Counted from the first letter of the stretch, positions 9,705 to 20,643 are shown. The stretch is 64,000 nucleotides of DNA from Candidatus Levyibacteriota bacterium (GCA_043807135.1 JAZDGF010000001.1:4573-68572), one strand, 5' to 3'. Numbers and translations: made by a program. The notes: generated by a model from the letters alone, not told the origin.

Positions 9705-10577
9705 CATGTATTTGTGCTTTTGCACATCTCCACAATTTCTTGTGGCACTGACTATATCTTCATCCGCCAAGATGGCGGAGTACGGCGTGTGATAGTTAAA
9801 TAACTATCTCACTACTTATCGCGTTATGCGATTTTCGATCAGTCGATACGGGGTCAAGAGGTAATTTATAACGCATTGATAAAATAATATATTTTCGTAT
9901 TAAACTTATCAATTTTTGCGTTTCTATGACACTAAAAATTAAAACAGATCCTTTCTTTTTCTTTTTAACTGTTGGTAAAAGATTGAAATTGTTTTTAAAC
10001 ATCTCCAGTAAATATCTTTTACTCTCTTTGTCAAAGTTTGGAATATAAAGATAGGCTATTTTATCTCTATGATAATAATATCCATCATCCATAAACCAAA
10101 CAGCTAAAGAAAGAGGATTTTTAAAGATTGTCGTTATTGTTTCTGGAATAATCTTTTGCGAATTATCGTAAAAGATGTTTCGCAATTTTCCAAAATCAGA
10201 ACTTGCTGTTGACTGAATACGAACATATTTATATGTTTTTTTCCAGATAGGATTTTTTCTTTCAAGAACTTTTATATTGCTTTGAAAATAGTTTCGTAAT
10301 TGCTCTACTTTCCATTCAAGATAATTTCTCTGAGAAATTCCTTGCTCAAGTCGTAATCTTGCATTCTGCTTACCTGTTTTTTGCAAATAAGCATCGCCTA
10401 AGATCAGACCTATCACGATATCTTTTTGTTTTCGTGTCATTTTTTCCTCCGACTTCCCACGGTATTACCCTTTGCCTCCTCGTAGTGGAAAGACTTGTAA
10501 CCACCAGACAAGAGGGCTTCACCGTTATTAGCCGTATACTTGATTCTATGTTACCATAAAATCGGGACACAGTAATG
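9705..10577 (-). mobile_element. Group I intron with a double-motif LAGLIDADG HEG in 23S at the L2449-equivalent site (GGGGAU|AACAGGCUGA)
   Basis: Exons reconstruct CCCCGGGGAT|AACAGGCTGATCGC. The S-like GAAGATATAGTCAGTGCC lies near the 3' end. It shares GGCTAATAACGGTGAAG(C/T)CCTCTTG and ATACCGTGGGAAG blocks with the intron at 8470-9154. Confidence 0.65.
9796..10440 (-). CDS. LAGLIDADG homing endonuclease (two motifs: IGLILGDAYL, AVWFMDDGYY)
   Basis: Both LAGLIDADG-type motifs are present, and the ORF lies entirely within the intron. Confidence 0.75.
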   Translation of the reverse strand: MTRKQKDIVIGLILGDAYLQKTGKQNARLRLEQGISQRNYLEWKVEQLRNYFQSNIKVLERKNPIWKKTYKYVRIQSTASSDFGKLRNIFYDNSQKIIPETITTIFKNPLSLAVWFMDDGYYYHRDKIAYLYIPNFDKESKRYLLEMFKNNFNLLPTVKKKKKGSVLIFSVIETQKLISLIRKYIILSMRYKLPLDPVSTDRKSHNAISSEIVI

Positions 10578-11032
10578 TATCCCCGGGGTAGCTTTTATCC
10601 GATAAGCTGTGTGCCTACCACTAGGCATCACAGGATCACTAACACCGACTTTCGTCCCTGCTCGACTTGTAGGTCTCGCAGTCAAGCTGGCTTATGTGTT
10701 TGCACTATCACCTTGATTTCCATCCAAGGTTAGCCAACCTTTGTACGACTCCGTTACTCTTTAGGAGTCAACTTCCCCAGTTAAACTGCCCACCAGACAC
10801 TGTTCCTTAGCCGAATTTTTTTGCGGCAATAAGGTAATGATCACTTATTTCAAAGAGAGGTATTTCACTAGCGCCTAAGCTCCCTCCTATTCTAAACAAT
10901 TAAAATAAACTTTCAAATGCCAAGCTACAGTAAAGCTCCCGGGGTCTTTTTGTCCATGCATAATTAGGCCGCGTCTTCACGGCCATCTCAATTTCGCCGG
11001 GTAGATGTTCAAGACAGTTACTCAGTCGTTCT

Positions 11033-11068
<36 letters not shown>

Positions 11069-11089
11069 CTTCGCTACCATAGAACAGTT

Positions 11090-11801
11090 CACTTTTGTTA
11101 CTTGCTCTGATTGATTACAGAGTCTCATGGTCGCCCATGAGGTCGGACTATATCATCCTCACCTTTTCAGGTGGGTTTAGCGTATAGTCTCTGAGGATTC
11201 CTTATTCGAAAATATCTTTATAGCCATATTTTCTTGTTCTTCCCTTACCTTTGTTTAATTTTTCTCTTAAGATTAAAATTCTTTTTAATCCTTTAGTATT
11301 TCTGTGTTCTCCACTTTTAACAAGCTTTGAAATATCACGAAAAATATTAAAGTTGTAAATTTTACTTTTAGAGAGTAAAGGATATTTTGTAAAATATGGA
11401 ATAATTTTATCGACTATTTCTTGAGAGCTTGTAACATCCAGAGAATGCAATCCGTCTTTTCTTACTTTAATAATTCCGCATTTCAATTCTTTTTTTAAAA
11501 CGTAAAGAATTGATGAATCTTTTTGTGAAACATTAAAGCTTAAAACAACTTGCCAATTAACTTTATAATCGCTCTTTTTACGAAGCGAAACATTAAAGCT
11601 TCCTTCTCCTTCTACAAACCCTGCAATAAAATAGCCTAAATTTTCTCGATCAAGGCCTTTCCTGCTGATTGTCTGCGCTGGACGTTTTTTCACCATATCT
11701 TTATATTAACATGGTACCGCCAGATACTTCAACCGTCTGTTTTATACAGTTGCGGTACAGATTTTCCAGCATATAGCTAAATTTTACAACTACAATTGCT
11801 T
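11090..11801 (-). mobile_element. Group I intron with a LAGLIDADG HEG in 23S helix 69 at the L1917-equivalent site (GUAACUAU|AACUG)
   Basis: Exons reconstruct GTAACTAT|AACTGTTCTATGGTAGCGAAG. The 3' core is CCTCAGAGACTATACGCTAAACCC...GAGGATGATATAGTCCGACC (R/P8/S). Confidence 0.65.
11202..11696 (-). CDS. LAGLIDADG homing endonuclease (single motif LGYFIAGFVEGEGSF)
   Basis: LAGLIDADG motif near the N-terminus, inside the L1917 intron. Confidence 0.75.
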   Translation of the reverse strand: MVKKRPAQTISRKGLDRENLGYFIAGFVEGEGSFNVSLRKKSDYKVNWQVVLSFNVSQKDSSILYVLKKELKCGIIKVRKDGLHSLDVTSSQEIVDKIIPYFTKYPLLSKSKIYNFNIFRDISKLVKSGEHRNTKGLKRILILREKLNKGKGRTRKYGYKDIFE

Positions 11802-12639
11802 ATAGTTACTGCTGCCGTTTACTGGAGCTTGTATCCTAAGCTGAACATTGCTGTCTCACTAGAGATACTTGACTTACCAGCACTGGGCAGGTGTCAGCCC
11901 CTATACTTTGCCTTTCGGCTTTGCAGGGACCTATGTTTTAGATAAACAGTCGCTAAATACACTTTTGTTGAAACCGCGTTCTTACACGCGGCAAGGCATC
12001 TCCCATAGGTTACGCCTAGCTTTTTTGCCGAGTTCCTTGAACATCTTTCTCCCGATCGCCTTAGTCTACTCGACCAGCCCACCTGTGTCGGTAATCGGTA
12101 CGGTAAAATATGAGTTTTTTCCGATAAATCGGAACCAATGAGGCTTTTCTTGGAAACTGAAACGTACTATATTGTTCCCTATTGCTAGGAAACTTTCACT
12201 CGTAGTTCAATTAAACAGATTAAGGGATTTGCCACTTATTCCTACTTTACTACTTGGACCCATCTTGCGATAGGCATAGTTTTTCCAATTCCGTTACCCC
12301 CTCAGAATACTCATATTCTGTAGTCGAATTTCAACGACTTATCCATCGAGTTACCCCCCATTATTAAGGGACACCCTTAGGACCGACTAACCCTCCGCTG
12401 ACTTACATTGCGGAGGAAACCTTGGGCATTCGGCGGTCCTGTTTCTCACAGGACTCTCGCTACTCATACCGGCATTCTCACTTCTGTCCGCTCCACAACA
12501 CTTTACAGTTGTTGCTTCACCGCAAACAGAACGCTCCCCTACCAACCTTACGGTTCTCCAGCTTCGGCAAAGAACTTAATCCTCGGTGGATTTTCGGCGC
12601 CAAGTACCAATCCTCCAGTGAGCTGTTACGCTATCTTTA

Positions 12640-12670
<31 letters not shown>

Positions 12671-13239
12671 TTGTCTCTGGAACCTGACTTCCTTCCAAAC
12701 TTAGTTCTTATTTAGAGGCCTTAGCTGGGAGTCTGGGCTGTTTCCCTTTTGACCCATCAGCTTAGCCCGAAGGGTCTGACTAGGATACAACAAGCTCTGG
12801 CATTCGGAGTTTGATTGGTTGCGAGAAATTACTTCCCCACGAACCATTCAGTGCTCTACCTCCAAAACTCTATACGTATCCCGCTATACCAAAATATATT
12901 TCGGGGAGAACCAGCTATCTCTGAGTTCGTTTGGCATATAGCCCCTAACCTCAAGTCATCTCATACCATTGCTACGGTAACGAGTTCGGGCCTCCTCCTA
13001 CATCTCTGTAGGACTCACCCTGCTCAAGGCTAGCTCACTCAGTTTCGGGTCTACTAACTGCAACTAACGACCAATTAGGTCACGCTTTCACTATGTCTCC
13101 GTTACGTTCCGTAACTTAGACTAACGCTGCAATCAATAACTCACCGGTTCATTCTTCAATAGGCACGCCATTATCCTTACGGACTCTGGCTGCTTGTTAG
13201 CCAACAATTTCAGGTCTATTTCATCCCCCTCCCGGGGTG

Positions 13240-13278
<39 letters not shown>

Positions 13279-13942
13279 AGACTTTGGTGTTTAGTCTTGG
13301 AACGTGGCCGCCCCAGCTTCCCACAGGGTTTTATCGTACCCCATGGTACTTAGGTACAAACTATCGGGGTCTTTCCTTTCATGTACGAGCCTTTCACTCT
13401 CTATGGGGGATTATTCCAAATCCTTCTATTAGAAAAAACCGCATCGAATATCGTCTGCCCTGCAACCCCCGAATAAATTCGGGTTTAGACTTTTCCGCTT
13501 TCGCTCGCCGCTACTTACGGAATCTCGTATGATTTCTTTTCCTGGTGTTACTAAGATGTTTCAGTTCACACCGTTCCCCACCAAACACTATATATATCAT
13601 TGCTGATATATTTTTATGTTTGGTTCTTGTAAAAACAAGGGGTTTCCCCATTCGGAAACCGCCGGATCATAGGTTTATGACACCTACCCGACGAGTATCG
13701 CCGCCATATGCGTCCTTCCTCGGCCAAAATCTCCTAGGCATCCATTATTGGCATTATGAGTAGATTTAAATTATGTTAATTCCGTTAAATTTTCCGTAAA
13801 CAAAAATGCTTTTGGAAAATCAAACGGAAATTCTTCTCCTCACTTGTCAAAGAGCCAAATCATTATCTTTTCGGGATAACCCCCTCTCACTAGGGGGCTT
13901 GCCCCAAAAGATAATCTTACTAGTTTTATTTAGCTTGACGAG

Positions 13943-14016
13943 TGGACCGGAAGAGATTCGAACTCTCGACCTTCGCGATGCAAACGCGACGCTCTACCAG
14001 ACTAAGCTACCGGCCC
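13943..14016 (-). tRNA. tRNA-Ala (anticodon UGC)
   Basis: Reverse complement GGGCCGGTAGCTTAGTCTGGTAGAGCGTCGCGTTTGCATCGCGAAGGTCGAGAGTTCGAATCTCTTCCGGTCCA folds as a cloverleaf: anticodon stem TCGCG/CGCGA, loop TTTGCAT. Confidence 0.9.
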
Positions 14017-14185
14017 AAATTAAGGCCAAACTATTAGATAGATTTGTCAATCGAGAACACTTTACAGAAGAAAATAATCGCTTTTAGCCAGAAAATTGAG
14101 GTCCCGAACGGGTACAAACTACTATTTTAAAAAGTTTCCTCATAAATACGATTAACCTCTGCTCTAAAGCAGAACTCGTTAAGAC

Positions 14186-14214
14186 ATCTTAGCACAGGGT
14201 AAAATAGGTGTCAA
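14186..14214 (-). promoter_or_regulatory. Candidate rRNA-operon promoter (TTGACA-17-TAAGAT) upstream of tRNA-Ala/23S/5S
   Basis: Reverse complement TTGACAcctattttaccctgtgcTAAGAT. Confidence 0.45.
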
Positions 14215-14606
14215 TAGTTGGTTTTCGCGGGGTTTACGGGTTTTAAACAAACAACATAACAAGAATCTTCTTTTATATCCCTCTTGTTTCTTTTTCCATT
14301 AAACTTTACTACTGGGTGTACGCTAAGTCCCTCTTCTAGAGCAATTCCTGTTTTTTTAGGTATCTCACTAAGTTTTATTTCTTCTACTGTCGCCTGAGTA
14401 AATCTTGCACCATCATAAGCAAACAAGGCATCTTCTCCACATGTAATATATTCATTATCTTTACTATCCTTTTCTAAAAACTCTATTATTGTAGCTAATT
14501 CACTGCGGCCTTGAAGCATTTGGATTACAGCATGTCCTTGATCGCAAAGATCTTCCCTTGCACAATTATATCCAGATGCTGTAAAAAAACCTGTTTCTAC
14601 TGCCAT
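14211..14606 (-). CDS. Hypothetical Cys-containing protein
   Basis: 131-aa ORF with a plausible context; no family recognised. Confidence 0.35.
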   Translation of the reverse strand: MAVETGFFTASGYNCAREDLCDQGHAVIQMLQGRSELATIIEFLEKDSKDNEYITCGEDALFAYDGARFTQATVEEIKLSEIPKKTGIALEEGLSVHPVVKFNGKRNKRDIKEDSCYVVCLKPVNPAKTNY

Positions 14607-14671
14607 ACCGGGATTATACCAAGTAATTAAGGATTGTCAAATTAGACTTTTGTAGATATTTATAGCTATTC

Positions 14672-15577
14672 TTATTTTCTTAACCACTTCTCAACTTCTA
14701 AGGCTGCCATGCAACCAAATCCAGCAGCAGTTATTGCTTGTTTATAGTAAAAGTCATGAACATCTCCTGCAACAAAAACACCATCTACATTAGATCTTGT
14801 ATGGTCATATACTTTTATAAAGCCTTTTTCGTCAATGTCTATTCCTTTAAAAACAGCTGTATTTGGAATATGTCCAATAGCAACAAATACTCCGTCCATA
14901 GGCATTTCTTTTTTCTCTTTTGTCTTATTATTTAATATTTCAACACTTTCCACTTTCATTTCACCTAAAATTTTTGTAATTTCTGAATTTAATATAAATT
15001 TAATTTTAGGGTTTTTCTTTGCCTTATCTTGCATTATTTGACTTGCCCTAAAAGCATCTCTCCTGTGGATAATTGTTACTTCTTTTGCAAACTTTGTTAA
15101 AACAATTGCCTCTTCCATAGCAGAATCTCCACCACCAGCAACAATTACATTTTTATCTTTGAAAAAAGCCGCGTCACAAGGAGCACAACTTGACACCCCG
15201 CGCCCAATTTTTTCAGACTCTCCGGGCACTCCAAGCCATTTCGTATCCGCGCCTGTTGCAATAATAATGGATTTTCCTTCATAAGTTTTTTCAGCTGCAG
15301 TTACTTTAAATGGTTTTTTGGAAAAATCTCCTGAAGTAAAATCTATTTCTACAATCTCTGCTCCAAATCGTTCTGCTTGCTTTCGCATTTTACTCATTAG
15401 ATCAGGGCCCATAACTCCTTCTGGAAATCCAGGAAAATTTTCTACCTCAGTTGTAAGCATTAATTGCCCACCCCACTTTAAACCACCAATAACAAGGGTT
15501 TTAAGGCTTGCTCGGGTTGCATAAATTGCGGAAGTAAGTCCTGCAGGACCGCTTCCGATAATTATAACGTCATACAT
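14672..15577 (-). CDS. trxB: Thioredoxin-disulfide reductase
   Basis: FAD site VIIIGSGPAGLTSAIY, redox CAPC (SCAPCDAAFF), NADPH site VAGGGDSAMEEA. Confidence 0.9.
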   Translation of the reverse strand: MYDVIIIGSGPAGLTSAIYATRASLKTLVIGGLKWGGQLMLTTEVENFPGFPEGVMGPDLMSKMRKQAERFGAEIVEIDFTSGDFSKKPFKVTAAEKTYEGKSIIIATGADTKWLGVPGESEKIGRGVSSCAPCDAAFFKDKNVIVAGGGDSAMEEAIVLTKFAKEVTIIHRRDAFRASQIMQDKAKKNPKIKFILNSEITKILGEMKVESVEILNNKTKEKKEMPMDGVFVAIGHIPNTAVFKGIDIDEKGFIKVYDHTRSNVDGVFVAGDVHDFYYKQAITAAGFGCMAALEVEKWLRK

Positions 15578-15588
15578 AAAATTTTAAG

Positions 15589-15915
15589 TTAAGAACTAAT
15601 AACTTCGTCTATTGCTTTTTTAAAATTGTCTTTTGACTGTGCGCCAATCATGGTTTTAACTGGTTTTCCATCCTTGAAGATATAAATACTTGGAATACTC
15701 ATTATGCCAAAAGACTGAGCTGTATCTCCACTTTCATCAACATTTAACTTACCTACTTTTATTTTTCCTTGATATTCCTTGGCAAGTTCATCGACTATTG
15801 GATCAACTACTCTACAGGGCATACACCATTCGGCCCAAAAATCTACCAAAACAGGTAGCTTTGCTTTTAATACTTCTTCTTCGAAGTTTTGATCAGTTAA
15901 TTTAACATCGGACAT
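15589..15915 (-). CDS. trxA: Thioredoxin
   Basis: WAEWCMPCR active site (a WCxPC variant); thioredoxin length and fold pattern. Confidence 0.85.
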   Translation of the reverse strand: MSDVKLTDQNFEEEVLKAKLPVLVDFWAEWCMPCRVVDPIVDELAKEYQGKIKVGKLNVDESGDTAQSFGIMSIPSIYIFKDGKPVKTMIGAQSKDNFKKAIDEVISS

Positions 15916-15993
15916 CTCTTCACCTCCTCTTTTTTATGCTACAAAAATCTAATTTATTGGTTTTTAAAAATTTTGTCAACAGCCTATATTTTT

Positions 15994-17568
15994 TTACTCT
16001 AGTTCTTCTCTTTTTCCCTGAAGAAATAAAAACCACTGCTCAAAAAAACTAAAAAGGCCTTTAAATGGTGCCTCTATTACAAAATCCAGGACAAAAAGGA
16101 AAACATTAATTTGTGAAATTCCATCAGTTAACCTTCTTCCAACTGCTACAAATGGAATAAAAAGAAAGTCAGCAATCGGAGTGAGGATATTTTTTCTTGG
16201 TTCAATTGAATAAATATGAGCAACTTGGTTAATTCTATATGAAAGGAAAGAAACAATTGCTAAAAAGAAAACAAAAACTACCATGCTAAATGGATTAAAA
16301 GAAAGTTTTTCAAGAATTAAAAAGATTGCTCCAAAACCAAGCACAAAAGTAATAAGCCAAAGAAAACTAAAAATAGAGTTTAAAAACGGCTTCATAATAT
16401 CAGGTTTTGTTTTAACAACAAGCTTATTGTTAAAACTTGGAGTCTGATCTAAAAGCATTGAACGAACATAATTAAAGATTCTTTTCGAATTATCTAAATC
16501 TGGAGTTTTAATAAACATTCCTACTGTTGCCATTAAAAACGGAGGGAATATAATATTTATTAAAGTAGACGACCATATTATTCCTCCATAAAAAATAGTT
16601 TCAAACGTTCCTTCTATGGTTAGAGCAAAAAAAGCTTTTGTTAAAAGTAAGAACATAATGCTTCTTATAATGGCAGTTCTTACTTTTGCCCCAATTCCTC
16701 CGTATCTTGCTTCACAAATACTGTAAACTATTTTTCTAAAATCTTGCTCGTTATTTACTAGATCATGAATCTCTCCCTGCTCTATGTTAAGTAAATCTTC
16801 CAATACGAAAAATACAACTGTTTTATCTTTAACGTAATTAACAATTTTATCTTTTCTTGGATAGCTTAATTGTCTGTTTATCTCTTTGAATCCTTTTAAA
16901 AAATTATCTGCTGTTGCATTAAGATTCTCTTCTTTTAGTTTTCCAAAATACTGATTAAATAAATGAAAACGAAGAAGTGCAAGATCTTCTTTTGCATAGC
17001 TTTTGTGTATTGCAATAAAAAGCTGAATATCTCTTTGCTGCTCATCCTCATCTAGAATTGAAACATTCTCGCGCAACACTTTAAGCATGAAATTACACAT
17101 GTATTCTTTTTTCTTTAAAAGACGTAATGCGTGCTCTATGTCAGAAGACATTAAATGATATATCCATTCGTTAATTGTTTTTTCAGAAAATGAAGTATGT
17201 TTTTTTAGAATTTCCTGCCTTAATTTAATGTAAAGATCTATTCTCTCTTTGACCCTATCAGTTGCGGATTCTGAAACACTCTCGTCTGGAAAATATCTAG
17301 CCCAGACAAGCTCACGCACTAAAGGTGCTGCAATTGTTTTAGCTGTTCCTCCAAAAAGAGTTCTTCTTTTTAAAATTCTTTCAATTGCCGCCCTAAGGAT
17401 TACTTCTTGGTCACGATAATCCATGGCATTCCGAACTCTTTCATAGATTGAAGCGACTTTAGAGATAACCGGATTTACGCTTATTTTTTTTCCTTCTGAT
17501 TCAGGCTCCTCTTCATCAAAGGCAGAAATTAAAATATTTGCAGGACTTGATAAGGATTTTCCTTCCAT
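15994..17568 (-). CDS. Hypothetical membrane protein (soluble N-terminal domain + C-terminal TM bundle)
   Basis: 524-aa ORF with multiple hydrophobic helices at the C-terminus; no family recognised. Confidence 0.45.
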   Translation of the reverse strand: MEGKSLSSPANILISAFDEEEPESEGKKISVNPVISKVASIYERVRNAMDYRDQEVILRAAIERILKRRTLFGGTAKTIAAPLVRELVWARYFPDESVSESATDRVKERIDLYIKLRQEILKKHTSFSEKTINEWIYHLMSSDIEHALRLLKKKEYMCNFMLKVLRENVSILDEDEQQRDIQLFIAIHKSYAKEDLALLRFHLFNQYFGKLKEENLNATADNFLKGFKEINRQLSYPRKDKIVNYVKDKTVVFFVLEDLLNIEQGEIHDLVNNEQDFRKIVYSICEARYGGIGAKVRTAIIRSIMFLLLTKAFFALTIEGTFETIFYGGIIWSSTLINIIFPPFLMATVGMFIKTPDLDNSKRIFNYVRSMLLDQTPSFNNKLVVKTKPDIMKPFLNSIFSFLWLITFVLGFGAIFLILEKLSFNPFSMVVFVFFLAIVSFLSYRINQVAHIYSIEPRKNILTPIADFLFIPFVAVGRRLTDGISQINVFLFVLDFVIEAPFKGLFSFFEQWFLFLQGKREELE

Positions 17569-17693
17569 AAAATTTATCTTAGCATATTTAAAACCTGTCT
17601 ATAGATTTTTCCCATCTGCTTAATAGAACAAAAGCCTAAAAAATATCCGTTATGAATTTTCAATAAAAAGCTTGTGATTTTATAAAATTATTA

Positions 17694-18695
17694 CTACTCC
17701 ACTATATTTAGTTTACTACCATTTAAAAAGGCTTTTATATTGGAAGCAGTAATATCAAGAATTTGAGTTAATGCTTCTTTGCTATTAAAAGCATTATGGG
17801 GAGTTATTATTACATCGGGACGCAGTAATAAAACGTGATTTAAAAGCTGGGTCTTTATATCACAGGACTTTAAAAATTCATTGGTTAAAAGTTCTCTCTC
17901 TTCTTTTAAGCTGCATTCTTCTTCCAAAACATCTATTCCTGCGCCAGCTAAAATTCCTTTTTCCAAGCCCTCTAAAATTGCCTGAGTCTCAACAAGAGAA
18001 CCCCTGGCAGTGTTTATTAGAACACTTCCTTTTTTAAATTTATTAATATTTTGCATATTAATAATGTGCTCCGTATCTTTTGTATGTGGAAGGTGAAGAG
18101 TTATAACATCTGAGTTTGCAAGCACTGTATCGATATCTACATATTTAACTCCTTTTTTAATCAATTCTTCATCTTCTGACTTGTTAAAAGCAAGGATCTT
18201 CATTCCGAAACATAAACCCATTTCTATAACTTTTTTGCCAATATGCCCTGCTCCTAAGACTCCTAAAGTTTTACCATACAAATCAAATCCAGTTAAACCC
18301 TCTAGAGAGAAATCTCCTCTTTTGGTGTGCTCTATTGAGGGAATTAATTTTCTTGAAATTGCTAAAATTAAAGCAAAGGTATGTTCCGCAACCGTATCTC
18401 CTCCATATTTTGGAATATTTGCAACAATAACATTCTTTTTCTTGCAAGAATCAATATCAATATGATCATATCCTACCGAACGTGTTGCAATAAATTTTAA
18501 GGAAGGTAGAGATTCTAAAATATCCTTTGAAATTTCAGAATAAATAAATGGAGAGATAATCGAAGCATCTTTCGCAAGAGGAATTGTATCCTTATCTAGT
18601 CTTTCTTTGCTGAAAAAGAGATTTTTATCATCAAGAGCTTTTTCTAAATACTCTTTTTCCCAATCTTCTATTTCAAAAAAGGCAATCTTGTCCAT
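17694..18695 (-). CDS. D-isomer-specific 2-hydroxyacid dehydrogenase (D-lactate/glycerate dehydrogenase-like)
   Basis: NAD-binding site GKTLGVLGAGHIGKKV and the catalytic R/E/H pattern. Confidence 0.8.
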   Translation of the reverse strand: MDKIAFFEIEDWEKEYLEKALDDKNLFFSKERLDKDTIPLAKDASIISPFIYSEISKDILESLPSLKFIATRSVGYDHIDIDSCKKKNVIVANIPKYGGDTVAEHTFALILAISRKLIPSIEHTKRGDFSLEGLTGFDLYGKTLGVLGAGHIGKKVIEMGLCFGMKILAFNKSEDEELIKKGVKYVDIDTVLANSDVITLHLPHTKDTEHIINMQNINKFKKGSVLINTARGSLVETQAILEGLEKGILAGAGIDVLEEECSLKEERELLTNEFLKSCDIKTQLLNHVLLLRPDVIITPHNAFNSKEALTQILDITASNIKAFLNGSKLNIVE

Positions 18696-18740
18696 AATAT
18701 CTTCTTTTATTATAGACTAAAGCTTTGAAAAAATAGCAAC

Positions 18741-18887
18741 TTATTTTTTTCCAATCTGCTTCCAAAGCCAAATTCCAAGCAAAATAAGATCTAGTAATAA
18801 CACTAGCGGAAGAATTGTCCAAAAAATTCCAAGCCAGAAAAATCCTCCGCTATATCCCATCATTGAACCATAGCTCCATGGACCCAT
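18741..18887 (-). CDS. Small hydrophobic peptide (48 aa) with a strong RBS
   Basis: AGGAGG at 18899-18904 sits 11 nt upstream of the ATG. Translation: MGPWSYGSMMGYSGGFFWLGIFWTILPLVLLLDLILLGIWLWKQIGKK. Below the ORF-track cutoff. Confidence 0.4.
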   Translation of the reverse strand: MGPWSYGSMMGYSGGFFWLGIFWTILPLVLLLDLILLGIWLWKQIGKK

Positions 18888-18903
18888 TTGTAAAATCACC
18901 TCC

Positions 18904-19557
18904 TTAGTGACTAAAACTCGATTCTCTTTTAAGCTGTTTTATATTTTTAATCAAAATCTTGCGATTCGAGTAGGAAAAAATCTTTTTTTCTTCTAAATTT
19001 TTCATCTCCGTACTTATAGTCTCTCTTGCCATTCCTAAAAGAGAAGCAATATCTTTATGCGTAAGAGGAATTTGAATACAAATTCCGTTACTTTTCTGTT
19101 TGCCAAACCTATCTGTTAAGATTAATAAAATCGAAGCAACTCTTTCCCCTGCTCCTCCGAATACAAAGTTCTCCATTCTCTGAGAAAATGCATCAAGCCT
19201 ATTTAAAAGCCTACTTATTAATTTTATTGAAGCTCCAGGTTGATTTATAATATAGTGTAAAAATTCGTCTTTAGGCGCTCTATACACTTCTACTGGAGTT
19301 ATTGATTCAACAAAATATCTTACTTGTGAATTATTAACTACCCAGCCTAAAGAAAAAATATCAAGCGGTTTATAAATTGAGGTTGTTAACTCTTTTCCTT
19401 CTCTTGAGACAGTAAATCTTCTAGCGTAACCCTTTTTAATAAAAAAAACGCCCAAGGGATTATCTCCGGCGCGAATTATCATCTGGCGCTTTTTGTAGGA
19501 AATATGCTTGTATTTAGAAAAAAAAACTTCTAAATCTGTTGCAGATTTTTTCTGCAT
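18904..19557 (-). CDS. Crp/Fnr family transcriptional regulator
   Basis: cNMP-binding beta-roll plus C-terminal HTH (DIASLLGMARETISTEMKNLEE). Confidence 0.8.
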   Translation of the reverse strand: MQKKSATDLEVFFSKYKHISYKKRQMIIRAGDNPLGVFFIKKGYARRFTVSREGKELTTSIYKPLDIFSLGWVVNNSQVRYFVESITPVEVYRAPKDEFLHYIINQPGASIKLISRLLNRLDAFSQRMENFVFGGAGERVASILLILTDRFGKQKSNGICIQIPLTHKDIASLLGMARETISTEMKNLEEKKIFSYSNRKILIKNIKQLKRESSFSH

Positions 19558-19752
19558 ATTTACCCTCCAGCATTATAGCATACATTGTAACTATTATTAC
19601 AATTTTTGTGTTAAAAAAATTACTGATTTAAAAATTCAAATCCTTTATTTTAGAGTTGTTAGGATTTAGGTAATTTAAGAAACCTGCCCGAAAATGAAAA
19701 ATAGCACTAAAGATATTATTCTAAAGATATTATTAGAAAAAGGAGGTAAGTT

Positions 19753-20427
19753 ATGGAAAGGCCAATTTTTGACTTTCCCAAAAAATATTTTAGTAAAGTC
19801 CTCACTCTTCCCGATGAGAAACTTGTTATGTCAAGGAGAAAACATGTATACGTACTCTTTGTCCCCTTAATATTTACTGTTTTTTTTGCCCTAGTTTTTT
19901 TATTTGCTTCTTACTATGTATTTATTTTCTTAATCCCCTCATTCTCTTTAATTACTGCAAGCATGATGGTTGTGTTAATGGCGTTATTTAGTTTTTCCGC
20001 AAAAATCATTACAGATTGGTATTTTCATTTTTATGTTGTAACCAATAAAAGGATTATCGAAATATCCCATGTTCCTCTTTTTTCTCATACAATGTATGAC
20101 GTATTATTAAGCCAGGTAAGATGTACCGAGATTGATGTAAAAATAAATGGAATCATTCATCAACTCTTAGATATTGGCGATATTACCGTTGCTTTTGACA
20201 GGCCAACTCATCAAGAGGAATTTGTTTTTTACGATATTAAAGATCCAAGAGCAATTGGAGCAATGCTAGGAGATGAGTTTACTGCTGGTAAAAACGAAGC
20301 ATTACTGGCTCCTATTTGGAATCAAGTAAAAAAAGATGTTGGTATAAATAGAAACGGAAAAACTTCTAAGTTTAAATTTATTGAAGAGATTTTTCCAGGA
20401 GAAGGATCTATTGGCCTTGCTAATTAA
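19753..20427 (+). CDS. Membrane protein with a bacterial PH (YdbT-like) domain
   Basis: Two N-terminal TM helices, then a bPH-like segment (VVTNKRIIEISH...). The RBS AAAGGAGGTAAG is upstream. Confidence 0.5.
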   Translation: MERPIFDFPKKYFSKVLTLPDEKLVMSRRKHVYVLFVPLIFTVFFALVFLFASYYVFIFLIPSFSLITASMMVVLMALFSFSAKIITDWYFHFYVVTNKRIIEISHVPLFSHTMYDVLLSQVRCTEIDVKINGIIHQLLDIGDITVAFDRPTHQEEFVFYDIKDPRAIGAMLGDEFTAGKNEALLAPIWNQVKKDVGINRNGKTSKFKFIEEIFPGEGSIGLAN

Positions 20428-20430
20428 AAT

Positions 20431-20643
20431 ATGAATTACTTAATAACTGTATTGCAAATAACATTTCTTTTAATTGCATTAATCTTTTTGGCTTTTGATT
20501 TTATTTATGTAAAAGAAGTTAATAGAGCAAAAGAACATATGGAAATTAATCTTCCAAATGCAGGAAAACAACTTTTGCGATTAAATGCTGTAATATCTGC
20601 AATTGGAGTTATTATTGTATTTTTACTTATTTTTGTCGGTTAA
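20431..20643 (+). CDS. Small membrane protein
   Basis: 70 aa with two TM helices; start overlaps the upstream stop. Confidence 0.35.
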   Translation: MNYLITVLQITFLLIALIFLAFDFIYVKEVNRAKEHMEINLPNAGKQLLRLNAVISAIGVIIVFLLIFVG

